Shown here: piece after piece, positions 10,077 through 19,600 of the stretch
Numbering within the stretch: position 1 is the first letter of the stretch
Layout of the letters: the number at the start of each line of letters is the position of its first letter
IMG/VR virus record: IMGVR_UViG_3300042731_004843
Span: 44,146-108,145 of that record
Strand: one strand, 5' to 3'
Source: a virus
DNA length: 64,000 nucleotides
The notes under the pieces: model-generated
What the model was told of the DNA's origin: nothing
Database searches by the model: none
Seen by the model: the letters and a program-made list of their open reading frames with translations, nothing else
Program-made: the position numbers and the translations under genes

Positions 10077-10105
10077 TTGACCCCACCGGAGCCGAGACGT
10101 AGTAT
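10077..10105 (+). promoter_or_regulatory. sigma70-like promoter for the structural operon
   Basis: TTGACC-N17-TAGTAT, 26 nt upstream of ATG 10132. Confidence 0.6.
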
Positions 10106-10131
10106 CATCGGGAGATCACGGAGAGACTGAC

Positions 10132-11496
10132 ATGCATACTGGATCTATCGTCGACTTCTACGATGACCCTCAGGGACTAGTTCTGAAGAATCGTCTGCCG
10201 CAAGAAGGCGTACCGGACTTCATCAAGCAGGCAGAGTTTCTAGATGAGCATACCCGCGGCACCTTACCGGACGATGTATTTGCCCTGGTCATGGTCGACC
10301 GTGGCGAGAAGCTGCGCAAGTTCGCCTGTGTAGACAAGGGTAATGTGGCCCTCAACGTGATCTACTTCATGGAGAACCGGGACCGCCTACCAGAAGAGGC
10401 CCAGAAGACTGCTGCGGCTAACCTGGCTAGGGCCTGTTCTTGGTTCGACCTGGCAGTACCTATGGGACTGGACAAGGAGGCGGGATTTTCTAGCCTGTTG
10501 AAGGCCCCTAGCAAGCTGGTGGGCGGGGGTATGGCTGCCGCAGATATAGGCGGCAGGGTCTCTGCAGGCAAAGAACGCCACCGACAGATGACGCGCACGG
10601 CCGACATGATCGGCTCCAACGTCATGCCCACCTCCGGTAGCAAGGAAAAGGCAGCAGCTCCTTCTACCCGTTCGGCTCTACGGGAACTGGACAAACAGAG
10701 AGCCGCAGATCCGGATCTACAGCGTAAGCTGAAGCGTACTAGAGCAGACATGAGGGCCAACCCGAGTAAGTACACCCTAAAGTCGGCCGCACTCCAGCCA
10801 TATGTGGACGTCACGGGGCAGAGGCCGCCGGAGAGGATCAAGCAGGCTAGCGCGGAACGGCACTGCTTGATTAAAGAAGGTCAGGCACACTTTCCGATCG
10901 ACAGCTATGGCCAGATCAAGCAAGCGTCGGTTTGGTTTGACGAGTACGGGCACACACTGCACCCAGCAGAGCGCCGGGAGTACTGCACCAAGCTAGCATC
11001 CAGGGCGGACGAAGTCGGCATCGAGGTCAGTGATCTCATTCGAAAATACGGGTCACCGGGCTATGCCACGGATGGAGAAGTGAACGTCGCGGTCTGTACC
11101 AGGATGCAGCATTGGGCAGACGATGCGCCTGAGCGTGACATGCTGAAGGGGTTGATGGAGAAAGCTGCTTCAGTCTCCCCGGATGTTTTCTGTGAAGCTC
11201 TCCGGCAGTTCGATGAAGCCACGGGCATGGACCATCTGTGGGACGATGAGATCTACGACCCCTGGTTTTCCACGTACGGCTTCAAGAAAGAGGCCGCGTG
11301 GTCCTGGCAGAGCGGAAACGACAGAGTAACGGAAGCGCAACTAAAGCTGTCGGCTAAGAAAGACTTCTTGGCTATCCGTGAAGCGTTCGGGTTGGAGGTG
11401 GCGGAGGAGTACAGGAAGAACCCCCAGCAGGTATTTGACTCCATGCCATTGGATTCTAAGCGCATTCTTACGCGCATGGCCAACGACCCCCTGTAG
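10132..11496 (+). CDS. putative virion (internal head) protein with two DUF6582-like repeats
   Basis: R..LPDDVFA...RKF..D and HFPID....A..WF...R.....LA.RA...GIEV segments; many KxA sites. Confidence 0.65.
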   Translation: MHTGSIVDFYDDPQGLVLKNRLPQEGVPDFIKQAEFLDEHTRGTLPDDVFALVMVDRGEKLRKFACVDKGNVALNVIYFMENRDRLPEEAQKTAAANLARACSWFDLAVPMGLDKEAGFSSLLKAPSKLVGGGMAAADIGGRVSAGKERHRQMTRTADMIGSNVMPTSGSKEKAAAPSTRSALRELDKQRAADPDLQRKLKRTRADMRANPSKYTLKSAALQPYVDVTGQRPPERIKQASAERHCLIKEGQAHFPIDSYGQIKQASVWFDEYGHTLHPAERREYCTKLASRADEVGIEVSDLIRKYGSPGYATDGEVNVAVCTRMQHWADDAPERDMLKGLMEKAASVSPDVFCEALRQFDEATGMDHLWDDEIYDPWFSTYGFKKEAAWSWQSGNDRVTEAQLKLSAKKDFLAIREAFGLEVAEEYRKNPQQVFDSMPLDSKRILTRMANDPL

Positions 11497-11499
11497 GAT

Positions 11500-12390
11500 A
11501 TGGCTACCCACGAAGAGCAGCTGCTGGGCCTCCTGGAGAAGATAGGCCAGCCGGAAGAGACCACTGCCGAGGTCCCGTCTGTACTGGACGGGACCTCCAA
11601 TGACGATCACGTCGAGACGTACGGCTCTTCCGAGGACCCCAACACGGAGGCTGAGCACGAAGAGCTGGCGGCAGCCAATACTGACCGGCAAGGGATGCCG
11701 GAAGGTGCGCTGTCCCCAGTCACGAAGCGGAACATGTGGGTGCATCACGACACCCACCCGGTAACATATGATGTGGCCCTCCTGGGCACGTACGGCACAG
11801 ACTGGTTTGAGTGGGAGCCCGGTACCCTCTGGCGTGAGATCAGAGAGGACTTCCGGGTACCCTCTATCAATGACCACGCCAAGGCCAAGATACAGGCGGC
11901 GAAGACGCTGCACATCAATGAATGGTACTGGACGAAGTGGGAAGTGTTCTGCTGGATCACGCAGGCCTTGAACAACAATATCCCGGACTTCCATGTACTC
12001 CAGAAGCCTTCCATAGCGCAGCTGATGCAGTCTGTAGACGCCGCTACGATGGTACGCAATGACGTGGAGTTCACCCCAGAGCTCCAGATGTTCGTGGCGG
12101 CTGCGATGGTAGAGTCCGGTGTATTCTATGCCCCGAAGCCCATAGACTTTTGCCAGGACGAGATCGAGACGCTGCTTGACGAGCTTCAGATAGATAAGAG
12201 CTTGATCGGGCAAGTACAGAGCAGGTGGCGAGAGGTGAAGCAGATCTCTCCAGAGGCGTGGGCGCGTTCTCCAGAACCCGTACTGCGGGAAGACGTGGTA
12301 GACATCCAGGTAGCCAAATTGAAAGTAGCGTGCGATTATCTGGATCTACGTCGTCGCCAACTGCAGGAGCAACTGAGGCTGCTCAAATGA
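11500..12390 (+). CDS. hypothetical structural-region protein
   Basis: Co-oriented, tightly packed upstream of portal. Confidence 0.7.
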   Translation: MATHEEQLLGLLEKIGQPEETTAEVPSVLDGTSNDDHVETYGSSEDPNTEAEHEELAAANTDRQGMPEGALSPVTKRNMWVHHDTHPVTYDVALLGTYGTDWFEWEPGTLWREIREDFRVPSINDHAKAKIQAAKTLHINEWYWTKWEVFCWITQALNNNIPDFHVLQKPSIAQLMQSVDAATMVRNDVEFTPELQMFVAAAMVESGVFYAPKPIDFCQDEIETLLDELQIDKSLIGQVQSRWREVKQISPEAWARSPEPVLREDVVDIQVAKLKVACDYLDLRRRQLQEQLRLLK

Positions 12391-13361
12391 AGCACATCAC
12401 GGCTCCCCACATGCATGGTTTCGTAAATGGGTTGACGAAGGAAGCCATCAACATGCGCAGCTTTATGGATCTCTACCGCAGAGCCGCCGGAAAGACTATT
12501 CCGGGGCACATTGGGAGGGCCACCAGCGCTATCAAGGACACGGCCAAGAAGCATCTGTCTGGTAGATACGGACGGCAGGTTGCCCTGGGCGCAGGCCTCG
12601 GTGCTGCAGGCGGTGCCGCTACTGGTGACGACGAGAACTGGAAAACTAGGGCGCTACAGGGCGCGCTGATCGGTGGTACTGCTGCTGGCGGCCGTATTTT
12701 GGGCACAAAGGTTGGTAGGCAGGCTGCATCGGAAGCCACCAAGAGGTTCGGTGAGCGCCAGCTATACACCTTGACCGGCAAGGGATTCAAAGGCCGGGAG
12801 GTTGGCCTTGAGGACGCCAAAAGATTGGGGATCCTCAAGGTTCCGGAGTGGGAGAAGCTAAAGGATACTCCGGGCGCTGTTAGCCGGGCCGTCTCCAAGG
12901 TCACCGGGAAGCCGGCAAAGACGCAGCTGGGCCGGGAAGCTGGGCGCTATGCTGCCGATGTAGAGGCTTTCCAGAAGGGCTTTCAGAACATCCCTGGTGT
13001 GGTGCACGGCGCTCTGACCCGACCTGGGGAACTCCTACGTAGTGGTTGGCAGAGGGCAGGTACAGCTGGGAAAGTCTTCGCTGGAGCCGGCGCTCTCGAG
13101 GCAGCACGCGCAGCGACCAAGAAACCGGAGGCCGGGGATCCGGGTAGGGCTCAAGCTGCTCTTGGCAGCTTGGGGCGCACGGCCGGTTACTTGGTGGCCC
13201 CCGGGGCTATGCTGGGGCAGGTAGCGGTGGGTGGCCTGGCTGGTAAGGGCGGAGAGGCCGTGGGGAAGATAGGTGATGTGGCGTCTAAGGCCAGGAAGGC
13301 CGCGATCCAAGTCCCGTACCAGCAGTATGCTGACCTAGCCCCGTACTACGGTGGGAGGTAG
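12387..13361 (+). CDS. Gly/Ala/Lys-rich glycine-zipper protein, putative virion cargo
   Basis: Start re-called at ATG 12387; leader ...GFVNGLTKEA, then GAGLGAAGGAATG, GALIGG. Confidence 0.7.
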   Translation: MKHITAPHMHGFVNGLTKEAINMRSFMDLYRRAAGKTIPGHIGRATSAIKDTAKKHLSGRYGRQVALGAGLGAAGGAATGDDENWKTRALQGALIGGTAAGGRILGTKVGRQAASEATKRFGERQLYTLTGKGFKGREVGLEDAKRLGILKVPEWEKLKDTPGAVSRAVSKVTGKPAKTQLGREAGRYAADVEAFQKGFQNIPGVVHGALTRPGELLRSGWQRAGTAGKVFAGAGALEAARAATKKPEAGDPGRAQAALGSLGRTAGYLVAPGAMLGQVAVGGLAGKGGEAVGKIGDVASKARKAAIQVPYQQYADLAPYYGGR

Positions 13362-13363
13362 TC

Positions 13364-15385
13364 TTGTCCGGCGCTAGTACGCAATCTGCGTCCAGGTTCT
13401 CCAGTCGTGGTCGTTCTGGTGGAGCGCAGGACTACGGACTCCAGTACCCCAGCCCCTTCTTCGACATCGGGCAGACCTATCTCCCGGCCACCGTCAAGCA
13501 GATGTTCAGGTGGTGTAGGTACTATTACTTGGTCAACCCGCTGATCAACGCGGTGGTGTCCAAGATGGCGGAGTACCCCATCACCGACGTGCTGTTTGAC
13601 ACAGAGCGGACAGAGCTGAAGGACAGGTGGACAGGCTTCCTGCTGGACCATCTGCGGTACCGGGCGTTCCAGGTAGAGGTGGGGCTGGACTACTACACCT
13701 ACGGTAACGCGCTTGTCTCGATCTTCTATCCGTTCTTGAAGTTGTTGGAGTGCCGCTCATGCGGCAACAAGCAGTGGGCTAAGGACGCAGAGTACAGGTT
13801 CCAGAACTATCAGTTCTACATGGTGTGCCCCAAGTGTGGGAACCATGGTCCGGCTCGAGCTTACGACCGGTACATCAAGGCGTCTAAGGGCATCAGGCTG
13901 CTTAGATGGAACCCGGAAGACGTAGACATACGCTACAACGACATCACGGGGGAGTACGAGTACTACTACTCTATCCCGACCCAGCTCCGCAACGACATCA
14001 TCATCGGCAAGAAGTCCACGGTAGAGACCGTTCCCCAGCTCTTCATAGACGCTCTGCGCCTGAAGAAGTCTGTGGTCTTCTCCCGCGACAACATCTACCA
14101 CTTCAAGCGTCCAACTTTGGCGGGCAAGGACAGGGGGTGGGGTACCCCCATGATCCTCCCGGTTCTGAAGGACACGTACTACCTTCAGATCATGCGGAAG
14201 GCCCAGGAAGCCATCGCCCTCGAGCACATAGTGCCTCTGAGGGTGATCTTCCCACAAGCCGGTTCAGCTACATCTGATCCTTTCACGTCCGTGAATCTGC
14301 AGGACTGGAGAGATCAGGTAGCCGGTGAGATCAGACGCTGGAGAGCGGACAACAACTACATCCCAATTATGCCCCTGCCTCTAGGTCACCAGACCATCGG
14401 CGGCGACGGGCGTGCGCTCCTGCTGTCGCAAGAGATACGGGTCTGGTCCGAGCAGATCGTGGCCGGTATGGGCATCCCTGTCGAGCTAGTGTTCGGAGGG
14501 TTGAGCTACTCTGGTAGCAACGTCTCCCTGCGCATGCTCGAGAACACCTTCCTGGGCTATCTCCAGGATCACCATTCGATGCTTAAGTGGATCATCAAGA
14601 GCACATCTGCGTATCTTGGTTGGTCCCCCGTCCGGTCCAGGTTCAAGCCGTTCAAGATGGCCGACGACCTGCAAAGAAAGGCGTATCTCTTCCAGCTCAA
14701 TCAGGCCGGCAAGCTGTCGGACGAGTCCCTTTTGGCGGACGCTGACTACGATTCCGCCAAGGAGGACTTGATCATGGAGCGCGAGAGCACCCGTAGGGCG
14801 AGTGCTCATAAGAAGCGTGTCCTACAGGACGCGGACATGCAGGGCGAGGCACAGATGGTCCAGATGAAGTGGCAGTCCAAGATGCAGGCGCAGCAGATGA
14901 AGACGGAAGCTGCTATGCAGAATGAGATAGCCAAGGACCAGGCAGCCTTCCAGGGTGAGCAGCAGAAAGACCTGATGGGCGCGCAGATGGCCATGCAGCA
15001 GGGAGGGCAGCCAGCGGAAACGGCACCAGAGATGCGGCCATCGCCAAGACGCCCAGAACTGATAGAGCCGCCGGAGCAGATCAAGTCGCCACTAACTGCT
15101 AGGTCTATGCAACCGATTCCTGCTGGGGCGACAGGAGAGTCCTTGCAGGGCAAGTCCAACATAGACCTCCTGCTTTTGGGTCGTAGGCTGGCGGACCAGC
15201 TGAACACACTGCAGCCAGTACAGAAGCAGCAAGCACTGTCCGAGCTCAGAGTCATGCAACCAGAGCTGCATGATGTCGTTTTGGGGCTAATGGTATCAGG
15301 GGGAGCTAGAGCCTCTGCCGCAGCGGCCCGACCTCTGCCTGAACAGAAGCCGGCCCGCCGCGGACCAGAAGCGCAACTAGTCTAG
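13364..15385 (+). CDS. portal protein (Zn-ribbon insertion, Q/P-rich tail)
   Basis: NPLINAVVSKMAEYPIT, DYYTYGNA, IYHFK...GWGTP, IVAGMGIP.ELV.GG.SYS; size and position. Confidence 0.8.
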   Translation: MSGASTQSASRFSSRGRSGGAQDYGLQYPSPFFDIGQTYLPATVKQMFRWCRYYYLVNPLINAVVSKMAEYPITDVLFDTERTELKDRWTGFLLDHLRYRAFQVEVGLDYYTYGNALVSIFYPFLKLLECRSCGNKQWAKDAEYRFQNYQFYMVCPKCGNHGPARAYDRYIKASKGIRLLRWNPEDVDIRYNDITGEYEYYYSIPTQLRNDIIIGKKSTVETVPQLFIDALRLKKSVVFSRDNIYHFKRPTLAGKDRGWGTPMILPVLKDTYYLQIMRKAQEAIALEHIVPLRVIFPQAGSATSDPFTSVNLQDWRDQVAGEIRRWRADNNYIPIMPLPLGHQTIGGDGRALLLSQEIRVWSEQIVAGMGIPVELVFGGLSYSGSNVSLRMLENTFLGYLQDHHSMLKWIIKSTSAYLGWSPVRSRFKPFKMADDLQRKAYLFQLNQAGKLSDESLLADADYDSAKEDLIMERESTRRASAHKKRVLQDADMQGEAQMVQMKWQSKMQAQQMKTEAAMQNEIAKDQAAFQGEQQKDLMGAQMAMQQGGQPAETAPEMRPSPRRPELIEPPEQIKSPLTARSMQPIPAGATGESLQGKSNIDLLLLGRRLADQLNTLQPVQKQQALSELRVMQPELHDVVLGLMVSGGARASAAAARPLPEQKPARRGPEAQLV

Positions 15386-15816
15386 CGCGCCAACCGTAGA
15401 CGCATTTGGTTGCGGTGTTGTGCCTCTCCTTCCTCCCGCTCTCTTGCCAGAGCTTTGATTTGTGCGTCTTTGAAACGTCGGTACTGGGTGTTGTGCTGGA
15501 TGTGCTTCCAGTATTCTGCCTCGGGAGTCCCCGCCTCATGCCCGCCCGCCAAAAGACGTAGCCTCAGCTCTTCTACCGCCCTTCGCGGGTACCAGACCTC
15601 ATGGTCACCCGTTTTTGCTCGGGCTCTGCTTCTGGGACCATCGGGGTTGATGTCCAGACGCTCGTGGACTGAACCACGCTGAGTTGACTTGAGGAACAGG
15701 TACTCATTGATCACGTCGTTGGGTTCATGGTAGCAGAGCCGGTCTAGGTCTTCCCGGCTAGAGATGCCCAGCTCCCGCATCCTCCGCGTCGGGTACCAAC
15801 CTGACCCGCTTCTCAT
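15382..15816 (-). CDS. hypothetical protein
   Basis: AGGAGG SD. Confidence 0.7.
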   Translation of the reverse strand: MRSGSGWYPTRRMRELGISSREDLDRLCYHEPNDVINEYLFLKSTQRGSVHERLDINPDGPRSRARAKTGDHEVWYPRRAVEELRLRLLAGGHEAGTPEAEYWKHIQHNTQYRRFKDAQIKALAREREEGEAQHRNQMRLRLAR

Positions 15817-15825
15817 ACCATCCTC

Positions 15826-16305
15826 CTATCTGGCGATACCTAGCATTTCCCTGCCCGCGTCGTAGTTGCCGTCACCGAAATGGAACGACACGCAGTCGGC
15901 GCAGAGCAGACCCAGGTTCGCCTGATCGTCATATGGATCGAAGATCCACGTCTCGAAGTCCACCTTCCCTATTTGGAACTGGAAGGCGTAGGGGTGGACA
16001 TGGAAGTCTTCCGGACATAGTCCGCACTCCCACCGACCCCCATTGGGTTTCCACACATCACGTCTGTTCCCCACCTGCGTTAGAAAACAATGCAGGTGGA
16101 AGAACTCTATGACAGCTTCTTCACGAGTGATGTGGTTGTCGTTTTTCCAGTCTGGTAGGAAGTAGCTGTGCCCCGGGTCCTTCTTCATCGGGTACAGCCG
16201 GCCGGAGATAGCCGCTACCAGCTCATAGTCGCATCCAAATTCCTCCAGGCAGAACCCGCACTTCTGTGCGGGGTTCACCTGGAATTGCGAAGGGATAACG
16301 TCCAT
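15826..16305 (-). CDS. Cys-rich hypothetical protein (duplicated CxxC...HxxC/CxxC units)
   Basis: CGFC...HLHC, CGLC...CADC. Confidence 0.7.
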   Translation of the reverse strand: MDVIPSQFQVNPAQKCGFCLEEFGCDYELVAAISGRLYPMKKDPGHSYFLPDWKNDNHITREEAVIEFFHLHCFLTQVGNRRDVWKPNGGRWECGLCPEDFHVHPYAFQFQIGKVDFETWIFDPYDDQANLGLLCADCVSFHFGDGNYDAGREMLGIAR

Positions 16306-16306
16306 G

Positions 16307-16423
16307 TTATGTGGCCTGCTTACGATCCTCGTCCCCTAGCGCACGACTTAGGGCACGCGCAATATCAGCCAGCTCGGAGAGTAGCGCGGCTCCGAAACTC
16401 AGGACGAAAACCGCCCACAGCAT
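16307..16423 (-). CDS. 38-aa small protein with hydrophobic N-terminus
   Basis: MLWAVFVLSFGAALLSELADIARALSRALGDEDRKQAT; TAATG coupling to upstream ORF. Confidence 0.45.
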   Translation of the reverse strand: MLWAVFVLSFGAALLSELADIARALSRALGDEDRKQAT

Positions 16424-16557
16424 TAGTCCTCATCGGAAGTGTTGTCGTCCTCCGCTTCATCTATACCGCCGGCGATCTCTTCATCGATCGTCCTCTCGAA
16501 CTCTTCCAGGCTACTGCCGCTGTCTTCATGGGCGTCGTCGGTATTGTTAGGTCCCAT
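16423..16557 (-). CDS. 44-aa highly acidic peptide
   Basis: AGGAGG SD; MGPNNTDDAHEDSGSSLEEFERTIDEEIAGGIDEAEDDNTSDED. Confidence 0.6.
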   Translation of the reverse strand: MGPNNTDDAHEDSGSSLEEFERTIDEEIAGGIDEAEDDNTSDED

Positions 16558-16696
16558 AGACTTCCTCCTGTTTGGGGCTGGAACAGCCTCTGCTTTTACT
16601 CTTCACCCTCCTTATACCCATCTGCCGCAGTATATTTCGTTGCCAGTTCTCCAGTTGATCTGGTAGGTTGTACGAACACATATACGGAGCGGCCTC

Positions 16697-19600
16697 ATGG
16701 CGCGTCTTTCCCCGGAAGAGAGCTTCGAAATTCTCAAGGACCGGGTCGCAGAGACAGTCGGCGGGCTCTTCCCGATCGTAGGGAAGAAGCACACACTGGA
16801 ACTGGGACAGGTCGACGTCAACGACAGGCTTCATATAGACGACATCCGTTCACAGAAGGAGGCCAAGCTGGGTAGCCGGACTTGGGCCGTCCCTGTGGAA
16901 GCTAAGGTCGTCTTACGAGACAACGACACAGGCAAGAGGGTGGATGAGCAAAAACTCCGCCTCATGAGCTTGCCCAAGCACACCAGGCGCTACTCCCACA
17001 TCGTCGATGGCCAGGAGTACCAGATCGACAACCAGTGGCGGCTGAAGTCCGGGGTCTACGCTCGAGTGAAGGACAATGGGGAGCTGAAGTCAGAGTTCAA
17101 CCTGGCCAAGGGCAGGGGCTTCAGCTTGGGGTTCGACCCCAAGAACCGCCAGTTCCACATGTCGTACGGCACCTCCAACATACCGCTGGCCCCGCTGCTG
17201 CAAGAGATGGGTGTGCCACAAGCCAAGATACAGGAGCAATGGGGCTCTGCTATTGCCCAAGAGAACGATAAAGACGTAGAGCAGGCAGTACTGAAGTTCT
17301 ACAAAGCCTCTACGGGTAAGAAGGCGGACGACTACGAGCAGGCGCGGCAGTACATGAAGGACACGCTGACCGCGACAGAGCTGCGCCCAGACACTACGAA
17401 GGTCACGCTGGGCAAAGGGTACAAGTCGGTGACTGGGGACGCTTTGATGGATGCGTCTACCAAGCTGCTGCGCATATCCCAGGGTAAAGCAGAGCCAGAT
17501 CCCAGAGACTCCTTGATGTTCAAGGACCTGCACAGCACGGAGGACTTTTTCGCTGAGCGGATCCAAAAGAGTGGTCGGGACATCACCCGGCGCATACAAA
17601 ACACTCTAGATCGGAAGAAGCGTGTCAGCGACATCGTCGGCCCGGACGTCTTCAATCGCCCCATCAGGACTATGTACCGCACTTCCCTGGCGAATGTCCC
17701 AGATCAAACCAACCCCTTGGAGATGATGTCTGGGCAGATGAAGACCACCATCACAGGCGAGGGAGGCATCAAGAGTTCGCACGCCATCACTGAGGACGCC
17801 AAGCTAGTCGACCCATCACACCTCGGGTATTTGGATCCGATACACACGCCGGAGGGGGCGTCCACAGGCGTGTCCCTGCGCATGCCTATCGGCGTGAAGA
17901 AGAAGGGCCACGATGTCGCCGTCAAGATGTTCAACGTCAAGACAGGCAGACTGGAGGACGTCAATCCAGAGAAGGCCATGAACTCCACTGTCGTCCTGCC
18001 TGACCAAGTTAGGTGGCAGGACGGCAAGCCTACGCCGGCCGGCAAAACGATCAAGATGAGTGGGCCAGGTAATGAGATCGTCGAAGGGCCCATGAAGCAG
18101 GCGGACTACATCATGCGGGACCCCATACAGATGTTCTCCATGGCATCTAATCTGGTCCCTTTCGTGGCAGCAGACCACCCGAACCGCAGCACCATGGCGG
18201 GGAGGCACATGGAGCAGGCAATACCGCTACAACGGCGCAAGGCCCCCTTGGTGCAGAGTGTAGCGGGCACCAAGACTTTTGAGCGGGTGATGGGTGATTA
18301 CGCCGGCCACACCACGCGCTTTGCTGGGGAGGTCGTGGGAATCAAGAAAGACGCCGTCGTCATCAAAGGAGACGATGGCAAGAATCATGAGGTTCAGCTA
18401 TACGATCACTTCCCACTCAACGACGATAAAGGCTTCCTCCACTCGACTCCTACGGTGAAGGTTGGGGACAAGGTTAAAAAGGGCCAGCCGATAGCGGACA
18501 CCAACTTCACAGATGGTGGGGCCCTAGCTCTAGGCACCAACCTCAAAGTCGGATACATGCCCTACAAAGGGTACAACTTTGAGGACGGCATCGTGATCAG
18601 TGAAGGTGCCGCAAAGGAGTTGTCCAGCGAGCACCTTTACCGCAAGACCCTACAACGAGACCGGCAGCACGTGCTGGACAAGAAGAAGTACCAGGCGTAC
18701 GCGCCAGATGCCGTAACTCGAGAGCAATCAGACAAGCTCGATGATGAAGGGGTCATCAAGCCAGGGCAGGTAGTGTCTCCGGGTGATACCCTGATCGCCG
18801 CACTACGCGAGAAGAAGGACACCAAGGAAGATCGCGAGCTCGCACGTATCCACAAGTCTCTAGTCCGGCCGTACACTGATGCCAGCGTGAAGTGGGAGGC
18901 TGACCACCCGGGGGTGGTGCAGGAGGTGGTAAAGAAGGGCAAGAAGTTGGCTGTCCACGTCAAGACTTTGGAGGCCGCTGAAATCGGGGACAAGATCGCC
19001 GGCCGTCACGGCAACAAAGGCATCATCACGAGCATTTTGCCGGATGACGAGATGCCACAGACCAAAGACGGCAAACCACTACAGATTCTGATGAACCCCA
19101 CTGGCGTGCCCGGCCGTACTAACCTCGGCCAAGTGCTGGAGACGGCTGTCGGCAAGATAGCTGAGAAGACTGGTAAGCCGTACACGGTCAAGAACTTCCA
19201 GCCTAATGAAGATCTACACGCCAAAGTTACCGCAGATCTGAAGGCGCACGGGCTACCTACTGACGGAAAAGAAGAAGTCGTGGACCCAAAGACCGGTAGG
19301 GTTTTGGGCAGGATCCTGACGGGGCCACAACATGTGGTCAAGTTGAAGCACCAAGTAGAGAAAAAGATGATCGCCAGGGCTGGTGGACCTGGCTATGCGT
19401 ATGACAGGAACCTGGTACCCAAGGGAGGGGGCCCGCACGGGGCGCAGGCTTTGGGCACTCTCGGCCTCTACTCCATGCTGGCGCATGGCGCTAAGGCCAA
19501 CTTGAGGGAGATGCAGACTCTCAAGAGTGACGCAGGCCAGAGTGATGAATTTTGGGCCGCCCTACAGGCTGGGGAAGCGCTGCCGGCGCCACGTCCCACG

